Counted from the stretch's first letter, positions 25,301 through 37,949 are shown. The stretch: DNA of 64,000 bases from Hormiphora californensis (GCA_020137815.1 CM035357.1:2418001-2482000), one strand, 5' to 3'. Notes: generated by a model not told the origin, from the letters alone. A program made the numbers and translations.

Positions 25301-28300
25301 TTGGTTTGGTTTGGTTTGGTTTGGTTTGGTTTGGTTTGGTTTGGTTTGGTTTGGTTTGGTTTGGTTTGGTTTGGTTTGGTTTGGTTTGGTTTGGTTTGGT
25401 TTGGTTTGGTTTGGTTTGGTTTGGTTTGGTTTGGTTTGGTTTGGTTTGGTTTGGTTTGGTTTGGTTTGGTTTGGTTTGGTTTGGTTTGGTTTGGTTTGGT
25501 TTGGTTTGCACATTATATTTCAGGTGTTGCCGGAATTGATCTTCCAGCGAAGATATTTGGAGAGTTCTCCTTATCAAACCAACAAGGATGCTATACTGAG
25601 GCTGTAAACGCTCGGGGGTAAGTTATTATTTAGTTTTTGTCGATCGGGGTTCCGGTAAATCGAGGTTTGATTTGACCCATGACTGCAGCTGTATACTTAC
25701 ACACATGGTTATTAGTTCATTAGTTTGTACCTTTCACTTCCGGGTTCGGGATCGATCGGAACACTAAACATATTAAACATGCCATTCATTTCAAAACTAG
25801 TTACGAACACGTCGACTTCCGGTTCATTCACGGTGCCGACTAACTGACAATTATTCTACATAAGAATATAAGATATGTGTCACCATCATCTTCACCTACT
25901 CCACCTACTACTACACACCAGTCCTTCTCCGATTCCTTACTCGACTCCTGTGGCCCTGCTGCTGTCACTCTCTCCAAAACCTACTCCAAACTCCAATCCA
26001 AACTCGTCACCTACTCTTGCCACATTTCGTTCCTCAAATCATGTCGTGATCATCACTTTGTTCCGAAAGGCCTTTGCCTAAACGGTCCTGTTAGCTCACC
26101 TCGTGCATCTGATATCATCAATAAAGCATCTGAACTACTCGTCACTGAACGTTTGAACTTCTATCGCAAATCCTATTCATCCACTGAACGCAATGCCAAC
26201 AACACTGCCCTCAAACTCACCCCATTGTTGTCCACACAGTTTCAATCCATTTTTCAGTCACTTACTGCTAAGAAATCCTGTTCCCTTCACCATTCTCTGA
26301 TGACGTCTCACCAGAAGAAATTCGGTGACCTCCTCCGTTACTACAACTCCCCTTCTGCCAACCCCTACTCCCTACTTCGAGACTTCCACATCTCATCTCC
26401 CTCCATCTCTGGACCCCTACGTACTACTACTCCCACTACTCCAGCTCTGGATACCTCTAAAACCGTTATTAACCTATCTTCTACTACTCTCTCTCCATCT
26501 GAGACGGAAGTCCTATCTCTGGGCCTGAAATTCTCACCTACTACCATCTCTGACCCTGTTGCCCGTATGGCTCCTGCTTTACAAGCTGCCCTCAACCTTC
26601 TTCCTTCTGGTATGGACTCTGCAGCCTCACACGAAGTTACTACTGTCCTCTCCTCCTACAAACCTACTAAACGGAACGACAACCTATCCTCCGAACAACG
26701 ACTAGCCCTGAAATCCCTCCGTGATAAACGCGACACCCTCCGATTCCTTCCTGCTGATAAAGGGAATGCAACTGTAGTCCTTGATGAACAACAGTACCTA
26801 GATAAAGTCTACCAACACATCGACGCCGCCAACGCCTATGAAGTCCTTCCCTCCGACCCTACCTCCTCTATCTCTGGAAAACTAGACAGGACCCTGAAGA
26901 AGCTGGTTGCTGAGGGGTCCTTGTCTGATAAACTCCGCTCCTGTATGCGACTGACCAACCCACGATATCCTCAACTCTACGGCCAACCAAAAATCCACAA
27001 ACCTGGCGCACCCATCCGACCGATAGTTGCCTTCTACAACAGCCCTCTCTCTGCCCTCCATAAAACCCTCTCCAACATCCTCAAACCTTTAACCTCTTCC
27101 TCCATCCGTCTCAAGGATTCTAACGCCTTTGTCCAACATCTTGCTACTACCAACACCCCCTCCTACCCCTACTATTTCTCTTTGGACGTGGTATCCCTCT
27201 ACACCAACTGTGATATGCACACTGCCGTGGACACTGCCATCTCTCGCCTTGAGGAACAGCCTGACCTCCTACCTTCTCCTCTAACACCTCAAACCTTGCG
27301 GACCCTTCTCCTCTTCTGCCTTGATAATGCCTACTTTGAATTCGACGGGAAGTTCTACAAGCAGACCTCTGGTGGAGTTATGGGATCACCCCTCACTGTA
27401 GCCCTAGCTGAAATCCGCACCTCCCAACTGGAACAACACGCCCTGGATACCTTCTCCGACCCCCTTCACTCTTACCGACACTTTGTAGACGATGGAATAG
27501 GAGCCGCCCGAGACAGCCGATCACGCTACCGCCTTCCTAAACCACATCAACTCCCTCTCTTCTGACCTCCAGTACACCATTGAACACCCCAAGGATGGCT
27601 ACCTACCCTATCTTGATGTCCTCATCCACCCTGATCTTTCTACTTCTATCTACAGAAAACCTACCCACACCAACCTCTACCTGAAATACAACTCCTCTAC
27701 CCCAGCCTCTACTCGACGCTCCGTCATCCAGTCCCTCACCAGACGTGCCTACACTCTCTGCTCTCCTCAACATGTGGAACAGGAACTCGACACCGTCTAC
27801 TCTATCTGCCTGGCTAATGGATTCCCTCCTCACGAGACAACAACCCTGATGGACTCTGTACGTGATAAACTACACAGGAAACCCACTATTGGTGACTTCG
27901 ACCGTGAATGGAGAGACTCTCAACGCATCACCCACAGGATCTCCCTTCCTTATCATCCTGACCTGGCCAACCCACTGAAGAGGATCCTCAACCGCTACAA
28001 CATCGCTGTATCCTTCTCTTCTTCTTCTACCTCCATTAGGAACACCCTCACCCGTACCAAATCCTCTACTCCCTCTTCTTCAACGTGCAACGTTATCTAC
28101 CGGATTCCCTGTCTGGACTGTCCTGCTTCCTACATTGGCCAAACCAAACGACCTGTTCTTACTCGCATCACGGAACACGAGCGCCATCACCGCCTTGATA
28201 ATTCTACTGATTCCTATGGAAACATCAAATCCGCCCCTGCCCTACATGCCCTGAAATCTTCACACACCATTGGCTGGAACAACACGGAAATCCTAACTAC

Positions 28301-31300
28301 TGCTCCATCCTCTTCCCACTTGGATCTCCTAGAACACGCTGCCATTACTATCCTCAAACCTGAACTCAACCGTACCCTCAAGGGACCCGCCATCAATCCT
28401 CAGTGGAACTCCCTCCTTCCTCGGATCACCTCTTCCTTCCATCCTAGACCCAGCAACATCTCCAAGTTCGGATCACCTACCGCTTCCTAGCTGCTCTCCT
28501 CCCTGGATCACCTACCTCTCTCCCCTCCCTGGATCACCTCTCCTTCCTAACCACATCTCCTCCCTCTGGATCACCTATCTCTTCTCCTCCCTTATAAGGA
28601 CTACCACCCTCACTCTCATTATAGCTGAAGACGTGATACACAGTGATCTCGAAAGCTTCTGTCAATTTATTTGATTTAGTACCATTATATCGTTGTCTAT
28701 CTTGTTAAAGATATGTGTAATTATCCTGTAATTACCCTGTAATTATCGGTTCTGTATAATAACTAACGAGAGATTCTATATCACACAGGTATGTGGTGTA
28801 CCACCCGCTGTTCTCTAAAGTTAGCATGCAGGAAGTTGACGTGAAGTACCATCAGTTCTCCTATCTCGTTAATAGTACTCACGAGCTGGATATTGAGAGG
28901 AAACTTGTCTTTCAAAACTTTACCGGATCACGTAAGATCTTGACTTAGGTACAGACGATATTATTCCAAGATACCCTGACAGTTTATGGAAAATTTTACT
29001 CCCTTTTTCATTCTATAATAATCATGGATTGAAAATATATTCATCTTCAGTTCAAGTACAAAGTACTATTACGGACGAAGGACATTTCTTGTCCCCTGTG
29101 GTAAGGACATTCAACGTCAACCTACGCCCTATAGACACCACAGACTTCTCCATAGCGCTATTCTGTCCATCTGACAGGCAGATTAAGGTAAAATAATTTC
29201 CATCTGTAGCTTTATAATTCAGTTGATACTTTCGATAAAGTTGAGCTGTCTCAGTTTTGGATCAGTTCTGCTCAAGATCGCTCTTATCTTCATTTTTGGA
29301 TCCAAGAGGTAAAATAATTCCAATTTTCAGACTCCAAAAGAGGAATCTCTATTTGAAACGAAAGTGGAGACCGTTCTGGAAAATGTGCAGCTTAAAAATC
29401 TAGAACAGAGCTATCATTGCAGGTATGGTCGGATACCCTTTCTATAATTAATTGGAATCATCTTGACATCCTGTCTGTCTCCTTCTCACTTGCCTATACT
29501 AACCCCATAATTTGCGCAGGTATGAAAGCTACGTTAGGGAGCTAGTTACAGTACCAGGTCTTACAGTCGATGAAGCCTACCGGTTGGTGGAAACCAACTT
29601 TCACGGGTAAGAAGTTTGGAATAACTAATCCCTTCCCCGGCCTTGCACTCGAAAAAATAAAAATATAGCATCAGAAATCGTAATGTTGCATCTGAGATCA
29701 TATTTTTCCAGTGATTGTGCGGAGATGTTGTTCCAGATTTTCTTTGAAGTCACCCAACTGAAGCAGATGAACATTGTACACGGTTCTTACATTGTCATGG
29801 CCTCAGGAAACAGGTAAATTTACTGTAACCCCAATTTATCGATTTACCTCTGGGGAAAGGGCTCTGCAAATTTGGTGACCTACAACTATGGCTCATGCAA
29901 CTATGGCTCATAGATTCTATGAGCCATAGATGCATACAACTATGGCTCATAGAAATGTGATCTGATTAGGTTCTATGAGCCAAAGCTAGTGAGAGTGAGA
30001 GGGACGTGAGTGACACGTGAGTGACACGTGAGAGGCACGTGAGAGATCGAATCATATAATATTGAATGAGCACAATATGAATAATGATCACAAATGTAAA
30101 CGATTTACATAATAATAAATCTAATCTAACTATATCTAATGCAAATTTGCACGGAAATGTGACACCCTATCGTCAATGTGACGACGTGATCCGTCAATGT
30201 GACGACGTGATCCGTCAGCGTGACGACATGATCCGTCAGTGTGACGACGTGATTCGTAGGTATCACGTATCACACGTGTTGAGAACTGCTTGCGACTTGA
30301 GGGGTCACATCACATGTATAAAAGGGAGAGAAAGAGAGAAAAAGAGAGGGATCACATCACATAGCATATAGCAGACAGGCAGAGAGAAAAATAGACCCCT
30401 CGATTTGCGATCGGTACGATCGCCCCAGTTTTGCTAGTATTACATAATTAAAATTACACTATCAGTTCATCTTGGATATAATGGTAAAAGGGGTCCTTCT
30501 TTGGACAGTTCATAGAGCTTTTCACGTGAATCAGCAGCACGATGTTTATTCAAATCTATGATCGGGTTGTTATGTTCCAACCCTCCCGAAATACAGTCTA
30601 GCCAGGCAATGATCGGGTAGGTACTAAACAGCCGCCTTGCATTATCACTATCAGGATCCACAGTAAAAAACTCTCCAACAGGTCTGATTTTCGAGAAAGT
30701 AGTATATATACTTATACTAGGTAGGATGTTCCCAGAAATTGCCTGGCTAAAGTTTCTGATCTTTCACACTCTTCCAAAACCTCCCGGTACTCGTTGAACG
30801 TTGTAGTGTTGTTAGTGACGTCGATAACAGTTATAGCTAGTGCATCTACTAACAAATTCTAATGAGCGGGATGGAGTCATTAGCAGAGTGAAATAATACG
30901 AGATACGAAACTTATGATTCGGGGGAGCTCATTAGCAGTGTGAGACGATACAGGATGTGGAACATGATTCGGGGAAGCTTATTGGGAGTGTTAGACGATA
31001 AAATGAAACACGATTCGGAGAATTTTTTATCGCTCTTTCTATCTATCTCTATCTCTATCGATCTCTATCTCTTTTTGTCAATTATCTTGGACTTGAGAAC
31101 CAGATGAGGTGCCTACCATTATACTATAATGCGAGCTGACGCTACACACTTGGTGAGTTTAGTGCCCTTATTTTTGGTAATAAGATCCTATCGGCTCGCC
31201 TCATTGTTTTTAGGAGGATATGTTGTTTTAGATGGAATGCGTTGGGTTTTATTTATTTTCGAGTCTTGCCAAACAGACCAAATTCAAACCATTCCATCTA

Positions 31301-34300
31301 AAACAACAACATATCCCCCTAAAAACAACGGGACTGAGCCGACATCCAGATAAAAAAGGAAAAGGAGTATAGTATGGACAAAAATAAGGGCACCAAAGTT
31401 TGTAGCTTCCTCGCATTAGTATGGGTAGGTATCTCATCTGGTTCTCAAGATAATTGACAAAAAGAGATAGAGATAGATAGAAAGAGCGATAAAAACATTC
31501 TCCGAATCGTGTCTCATATCGTCTAACACTCCTAATAAGCTTCCCCGAATCATGTTCCATATACCGTATCGTCTCACACTGCTAATGAGCTCCCCCGAAT
31601 CATAAGTTTCGTATCTCACTATCTCGTATCGTTTCACTCTGCTAATGACGCATACCAGAATCGTGTCAGTGAGGGGGGTGGATATGTGACACTGTCACAT
31701 ATCCATCACGCTCATTAGAATTTGTTAGTGGATTCACTAGCTATAATTGTTATCGACGTCACTAACAACACTACAACGTTCAACGAGTATCGGGAGGTTT
31801 TGGAAGAGTGTGAAAGATCAGAAACTTTAGCCAGGCAATTTCTGGGAACATCCTACCTATATACTACTTTCTCGAAAATCAGACCTGTTGGAGAGTTTTT
31901 TACTGTGGATCCTGATAGTGATAATGCAAGGCGGCTGTTTAGTACCTACCCGATCATAGATTTGAATAAACATCGTGTTAAGGAGCTGCTGATTCACGTG
32001 AAAAGCTCTATGAACTGTCCAAAGAAGGACCCCTTTTACCATTATATCCAAGATGAACTGATAGTGTAATTTTAATTATGTAATATTAGATTTATTATTA
32101 TGTAAATCGTTTACATTTGTGCTCATTATTCATATTGTGCTCATTCAATATTATATGATTCGATCTCTCACGTGTCACTCACGTGTCACTCACGTGTCAC
32201 TCACGTGTCATTCACGTGTCACTCACGTGTCACTCACGTGTCACTCACTCTCACTAGCTTTGGCTCATAGAACCTAATCAGATCACATTTCTATGAGCCA
32301 TAGTTGTATGCATCTATGGCTCATAGAATCTATGAGCCATAGTTGCATGCATCTATGGCTCATAGATTCTATGAGCCATAGTTGCATGAGCCATAGTTGT
32401 AGGTAATCTGCAAATTTATCAGATGATTTATTTTTTTCACGCTGCTAGATTTACATCGTTCGCTTTTACTTTTCGATGTTTTACTTCAAAAGGTTTTCCA
32501 ATATTATCCAAGAACCTCTCTAGATACATGCAGGATGGTAACCTGCTAATACACTCCAACTTCAAATACACAATGGGACTCTACAACCTAGTGAACGCCA
32601 TAGCAACCAAAACAACTCCCATAGTGGTCGTATCACATGACAGGAACACCTTTTCTGTGAACAGAGTAGTCCACCATCAAGCCAGTGAACTACCCCTGGC
32701 AATTATTGGTTACAATGTTTCCACCTATTTTATGAGGTATGCAAGTGTATTAGCAGCTTCATCCAAAGCAATATTGGGTGTGTGATTTTAGAGGGGCTAA
32801 CACCAAGGGTGGGACGTGCCAAAATACCTCGTAACCAGAATGTATTTGCAAATAAAATTAGTAATGTCCATAACTCATTTATTGGATTGTTTAATTTCCT
32901 CGCAGGTCCGATTTCAACCGTGTGTTTAACGGCAGCAAACTATCCCGGAAGAGGTTCTATGTAATAGATCAGAACGGTTACATAGTCCATACCCATCGTA
33001 ACGATAGGGTAGTAGGGAAGTTTATCGGGTTATTGGAACCTTGTGCAGTCAGACTCATGACGGAAGAAGGTATCAACTTGTGATAGGGGTCCCATTGACC
33101 TAAAGCCCAATTTCTAGGCCTTTTAAAAGAATACTCCAACTTCACAATTGTGACTTTATCAGGTATATTTCGGTACTACGAGCAGGGTCAATGTTTCCAC
33201 CAGTGCGAGAGAGACCCCTCGAAGCCTGCTGTCCCGACTTCGTCCGCCCTTCCAACTTTTAAACACATCATATCAACAGCTGCAGAGGTACGGGATTGAT
33301 GTCAAATAGAAAATCTCTACCTCTAAATTGAACTGACTGTAATTTTCCTTGATCAATGTGCATCTCTTAAGATGGAAATGCATCGCATCATTGATTTATC
33401 AGTCATTGGCTTGAAAGTTATTCATATAGCCTTCCACCCTTTACCCCCAGTGAACGGGATGTTATTCTTACATTTCCTAGGTCCTGTTTGCTGGTCGTGG
33501 TGGCCGGTATTATACAGTTGGGCCTCGATTTACCATAACATTTCCTAGGTCCTGTTTGCCGGTGGTCGGATCCTTTACATTGTAATATCTGCTCTGTTGT
33601 CGACAGTCCTCTCCCACGAACGTTTACAATGTTGTAGGTAAGGGCCCGCTAAAACATACCGGTTTTTAATATTTTTGACACTGCTGTTACAGGTTTGAGC
33701 TGTTTTACCAGCGAGTCAAGACACTCCCCGAGTACACGACGATCCTCAACTCTGGTTGTGTTGAATATTCCGTATCACCCATAAGGGGCACCAATCTACT
33801 GCTACTAAGTAAGCTCTTTATTAACTACACCAATCTATAATTGGGCTAGTAAAATCAGAAATTGATCTTTCGGTGTGAATATACTATTTGGATCTAGTGA
33901 ACATGAATATAATCAGCCTGATATTGATCTCAATCCTACTTCAGTTGCCCCAGTAACATCAGATACATGTGTCTGCAAGGAGGATCCAATAACTCTACTG
34001 CCACCGAAACCTAAATCTGTGGGTCCCTGCACGATAAACGACTCCAATTATATCAGCAGGTAGGTTTTTAGTACCATAATTGCCATATGTTTAATGCCTT
34101 GAGTCAAGAGCAATCAAAATCTCAAAGATCTCAATACAACGGTGATACCTCAATAAGCTAACTAATAACTCCCCTCAGGTACAAATGTAGTGATGAGATG
34201 GCGTACGAACACGAGAGACGTCCCGATACAAGTTCAGCAGGTGCAACTCATAATAACCGGACTGCTTTAGTGACTATTTTAACTTACTTTATTTTACTAA

Positions 34301-34320
34301 GGTTGCCATTATTTTGTTGA
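22351..34320 (+). CDS. Voltage-gated calcium channel alpha2/delta-like protein (signal peptide, VWA_N, VWA, Cache domains, hydrophobic C-terminus); ~22 exons
   Basis: MSLPLLLLLSLL signal; FRKGVNFENSSVSLP, WTSGLDDVFKDN, FYDPRQRTWY, intact MIDAS IVFLIDGSGS, LIVLFTD; exons include 22351-22544, 22631-22800, 23292-23459, 23598-23703, 24225-24388, 24518-24713, 24835-25016; final exon from ~34179 ends TALVTILTYFILLRLPLFC*. Internal 3' exon boundaries approximate. Confidence 0.85.
25240..25508. repeat. (TTGGT)n microsatellite filling an intron
   Basis: About 53 tandem pentamers; source of WFGLV/QTKPN ORFs. Confidence 0.95.
25877..28490 (+). CDS. PLE reverse transcriptase-GIY-YIG polyprotein with one frameshift near 27515
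   Basis: ORF 25877-27565 shifts just after FVDDGIGAARD into the frame of ORF 27774-28490 (ADHATAFLNHINSLSSDLQYTIEHPKDGYLPYLDV..); no in-frame ATG near the start. Confidence 0.85.
28618..28666 (+). ncRNA. Minimal type I hammerhead ribozyme in the PLE 3' region
   Basis: ATTATAG-CTGAAGA-c-GTGAT..ATCTC-GAAA-GCT-T-CTGTcAAT: core CUGANGA and GAAA, stem I ATTATAG/CTGT(c)AAT, stem II with one mismatch, palindromic AGCT stem III. Confidence 0.7.
29874..32408. mobile_element. Mutator-like foldback element with 9-bp TSD and an internal inverted-duplicated exon-like fragment
   Basis: TSD TGCAAATTT at 29865-29873 and 32409-32417; ~250-bp TIRs built from CTATGGCTCAT subrepeats; 30435-31110 is the reverse complement of ~31430-32085. 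Confidence 0.85.
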
Positions 34321-34659
34321 TAAACTATTGTTTTTAACTAATTAGTCTGAATCTGACGGGGCTCTCTCACAGCTGTCACCGAGTGGTTTAAATTTTTATT
34401 TTTGGAGTGACTTTGTATTGATATTATAGCTCTTTTTTTACACAAATCACCAATGCTTATAAACATTGCATACGTCTGGCGGCACCGACCCGATCTGACT
34501 TTCCGGAAAAACTATCTCCGTGATTTACCCGTAAGTTGAGGCGTGTGTTTTTTATTGCGGGCGTAGGCGTTTCACACGCAAATTTTTAATACTGAGAGTT
34601 GAGAAATCGGAGGAGAGAGGATTGTTAGAGATAGAAAAAGAGAGAGAGAGGGAGAGAGA

Positions 34660-34713
<54 letters not shown>

Positions 34714-34791
34714 CAAGGTTTTCAAATTGTGCCAGCACAGCACACCTCAGCCCTCAGTCGTAGTCGTGTCACACTTCCTACGTTTTACAAC

Positions 34792-36297
34792 ATGTTTCTC
34801 TTGGTCGGGGTAATCGTCATTGCCTCCATTTACTACTCATATGATACCGTCACCAAGTGGCTTTACGCCAGGCGATTCAACCACATCCCTGGACCCCCTG
34901 TTGTATCCTTCCTGAAGGGCCATGGACCGATTTTGGGAAAAGCAAAAATGAAGAACGCATTCCTGGACTGTTTCGTTGACTGGGTCCAGACATACGGTGA
35001 GACCTTCCAGTTTAGGATCCGGACCCGGCCCGTTATTTTCACAGTTGAACCTGCCGCCCTGAGGACTATCTTCCAGGACGTGGATAACTTCACAAAGGTG
35101 GACCACTTGCCCAACAGGGCTCTCTTCGGACAACGGATAACAGGACTTTACAGTGTGCTAACTGGTGGAGGTCAGGAGTGGGCCATAAAGAGAAGGATCA
35201 TGAGCACGTTCTTCCAGAAACAAAATATGACCCATTTGTACCCCAAACTAGCTCCCCTCATGGACAGGCTCCTGGAGACCAAAATTAAACCATGGGTAGC
35301 GAGGAATCAAGTTGTCGATATACACGAGTTGAGCACCATGATATTCTCCGCTCTCCCGGGGGTCCTGGGTCTGGATTGTCCCATGGGTGTAGATGAACCC
35401 GAGGAAATTGGAAAGAGAATCAACATTCTACTGGATGTGATCCCAGTCCAGTTGGTTGATATCAACAAGATATTTGGAAGTAAGGACGCCCAGGAGGCGC
35501 TCAGGTTAAAAGGTGCCACTGTTAGTATGGTGATCCAGATGAGAATGATGGGGAAGAAGATGATTGCTGAGAAGAGGAAGGAGATGGACGGATGGGAGGG
35601 GCAGAACCCAGATGATGATTTGTTAGCGTGGCTGATAACGGCTAATGATGCAGCAGGTCTGAGTGATGAGGAGGTTGTTGATGACATTATGACGGTATAC
35701 CTGGTAATGGACAACATGTCCAAACAGATTGGATCTCTGATGGTGTACATGATAAACTACCCGGAAGTGTACCAGAAGATGGTGGAGGAGTTGAGAGAGG
35801 TTGAACTGACAGGACCCAGATCCCTCAACAAGTTGACCTACACAGAGATGGTTCTGTTGGAATCCCTTAGGATGACTCCCGTCCTGCTAAGGGGAACGAG
35901 GTGGCTGAAAAATCCTGTTAATATCGGAGGGTTTAATGTCCCAGGTGATTGCCAGTTCCAGTACAGCCAGTATGTTCTGCACAGAAATAAAAAATACTGG
36001 AAGAATCCCAGGGAGTTTGATCCAGAGCGGTTTAGGAACGGCGTTCCGAATGTAGATTCCATGACGTACATGCCGTTTTTGTCGGGACCACGGGCATGTT
36101 TAGGTCGGCACGTTGCTATGGTTTCAATGAAGCTTATGCTCTCTACAATCGCTAGGAATTACGATTTAACACCGCAGCCGGTAGTTGGACGTCCTCCTAA
36201 AATCGTTCAAACCATGGCCGTCAGCCGTTTGGAGGGTGGGCCCTTTTATCACTTCAAACCTCTCTACAATAGCAAGGAGGTGCAAGAGTGCAATTGA
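34792..36297 (+). CDS. Intronless cytochrome P450, CYP46-like, atypical I-helix
   Basis: N-terminal anchor MFLLVGVIVIASIYY then IPGPP; WAIKR (WxxxR), ESLR (ExxR), FDPERF, heme motif PFLSGPRACLG; ALFGQR resembles the CYP46 FGER segment. Confidence 0.9.
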   Translation: MFLLVGVIVIASIYYSYDTVTKWLYARRFNHIPGPPVVSFLKGHGPILGKAKMKNAFLDCFVDWVQTYGETFQFRIRTRPVIFTVEPAALRTIFQDVDNFTKVDHLPNRALFGQRITGLYSVLTGGGQEWAIKRRIMSTFFQKQNMTHLYPKLAPLMDRLLETKIKPWVARNQVVDIHELSTMIFSALPGVLGLDCPMGVDEPEEIGKRINILLDVIPVQLVDINKIFGSKDAQEALRLKGATVSMVIQMRMMGKKMIAEKRKEMDGWEGQNPDDDLLAWLITANDAAGLSDEEVVDDIMTVYLVMDNMSKQIGSLMVYMINYPEVYQKMVEELREVELTGPRSLNKLTYTEMVLLESLRMTPVLLRGTRWLKNPVNIGGFNVPGDCQFQYSQYVLHRNKKYWKNPREFDPERFRNGVPNVDSMTYMPFLSGPRACLGRHVAMVSMKLMLSTIARNYDLTPQPVVGRPPKIVQTMAVSRLEGGPFYHFKPLYNSKEVQECN

Positions 36298-36656
36298 TTG
36301 ACAATGCAATATTGACAATAAATTGATAATAAACTGTTGTTGCCTAGGCAATGAACACTAATTACTTGGGGACGCGGTAAGATAATGGCTAAAGGCGACT
36401 AAAAAGACCCTAAAAATAAATTTTTATGTGCTGTGTGAAAGAGTATATTTCAAAGTGGTGTGTTATTATATTTATTGATTAACTTCTAATTGATCAACTT
36501 CTTCTATTTTGTTCGTTTTATCAAGTCTTTTCGTCACTGTCAAGTCATTATCAAAGTATGGGAATATTCACAGTCAAACGTCAGTTTACCGGACTCTTGG
36601 GAACGGTAAGCGGTAAACTTTAGGGTGTTTTGTGCAGTAGTAGTAGTTGTACTTAA

Positions 36657-37323
36657 GGTGACATAGACACCTGGCGCGACCCCCGCACACAGGTGTCCAT
36701 GTCGGCTCCGCCCCCTAAAAAAGGGTCGTGTCTTTCAAGGCTTTTTGCACGCGATCCACTGGACCGATTTGCATCCGGTTTGTCGCAAAAGACTACAAAT
36801 TGATCCTAATATACTGGAAAATACCCGAGAAGTTTGTCTGTCAACAGGAAGTGGGTCAAAATTGACACTGAAGTCAAATCTATAATCTGGCTTCTGAGCC
36901 TTTTTGCACCACTCCCAGGCGGTTAAGGCAGCGGATTACGGGGGCCCGGATGAGACTGAGTCTGACGATATTGGGAGATAGGTTGAGGCCTTGTGAGTAC
37001 TGGAAAATACCCGGCATCAAATTCTGATGCTAATTGCATCAACATATCTCCCAATATCTTCTAAATCGCATGGGCGTAGTGCAGAAACTCTCGGAAGTCA
37101 GATTGTAGATTTGACTTCAGTGTCAATTTTGACCCACTTTCTGCTGACAGACAAACTTCTCGGGTATTCTCCAGTAAACTAGGACCAATTTGCAGTCTTT
37201 TGTGACAAACTGGATGCAAATCGGTCCAGTGGATCGCGTGCAACATCCCCAAGAAACTACCCTTTTTGGGGCGGAGCCGACACCTGTGTGCGGGGGTCGC
37301 GCCAGGTGTCTATGTATGTCACC
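36657..37323. mobile_element. Foldback/MITE with ~270-bp inverted arms
   Basis: GGTGACATAGACACCTGGCGCGACCCCCGCACACAGGTG.. / ..CACCTGTGTGCGGGGGTCGCGCCAGGTGTCTATGTATGTCACC. Confidence 0.85.
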
Positions 37324-37949
37324 AATAGTAGTACCAGTGGTACACCCGCGTCCCGCACACGTGTTCCTTTTATTTAGACCAGTACGGTTCATGTAACTTT
37401 AGTAAAATCTATTGCCATTCACCATTGAGCCAACGCAACGTCCCTGCTGCACTGGCCAACTCTAATAAAGCAGCCTAACATCGAACCCAAGCGACGCGAC
37501 AACCCTACATGGATGCTGATGGCACATATGCACTTACTGCTTTCAATTTCATAATAATGATTATCAGTGTGTGATCGAATAGGAGGGCCATGATATAATT
37601 CCTTGAAGGTCATTGCAATTCATTTCAATCACAATTACCGTCACTGAATATATTCGTCACGCATCTCTGCATTTCGTGGACGTCAAATAATATGATAAAA
37701 CACAATCAACAATGACAATGGTATGAATGCATATAGCGTGATCATAATACCACTCACTCTCGGGCCTGTTGTCTATCTCATTAATATGTTGAGTGGTCTT
37801 TTATTTTGTGAAAATCACCCACATTGTGAGATCCTTCACATTGTGAGATCCTTCACATGGGTGCTTGTAGTGAGAATACGGTATCGGTTTAACAATCAAC
37901 ACGGTAAAACAAGGCCCAAGCGGGGCCAATCAGCGTATCTTCACTACAA

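Larger units (their letters stand above)
25870..28718 (+). mobile_element. Penelope-like element (Penelope/Poseidon architecture: RT then C-terminal GIY-YIG), intronic, sense to the host gene
   Basis: LSLGLKFSP, PADKGNATVVL, LYGQPKIHKPGAPIRPIV, SLDVVSLYT, GGVMGSPL, RHFVDD, LPYLDVLI, IYRKPTHT; EN NVIYRIPCLDCPASYIGQT..RITEH..LE..I..LNR; strong C-rich strand bias; 5' boundary uncertain. Confidence 0.92.

Noticed and set aside
25119-25621. WFGLV/QTKPN repeat ORFs
   Set aside because: Translations of the (TTGGT)n microsatellite
34729-34791. ORF-track N-terminal extension of the P450
   Set aside because: Begins at a non-ATG codon; the ATG at 34792 directly precedes the membrane anchor
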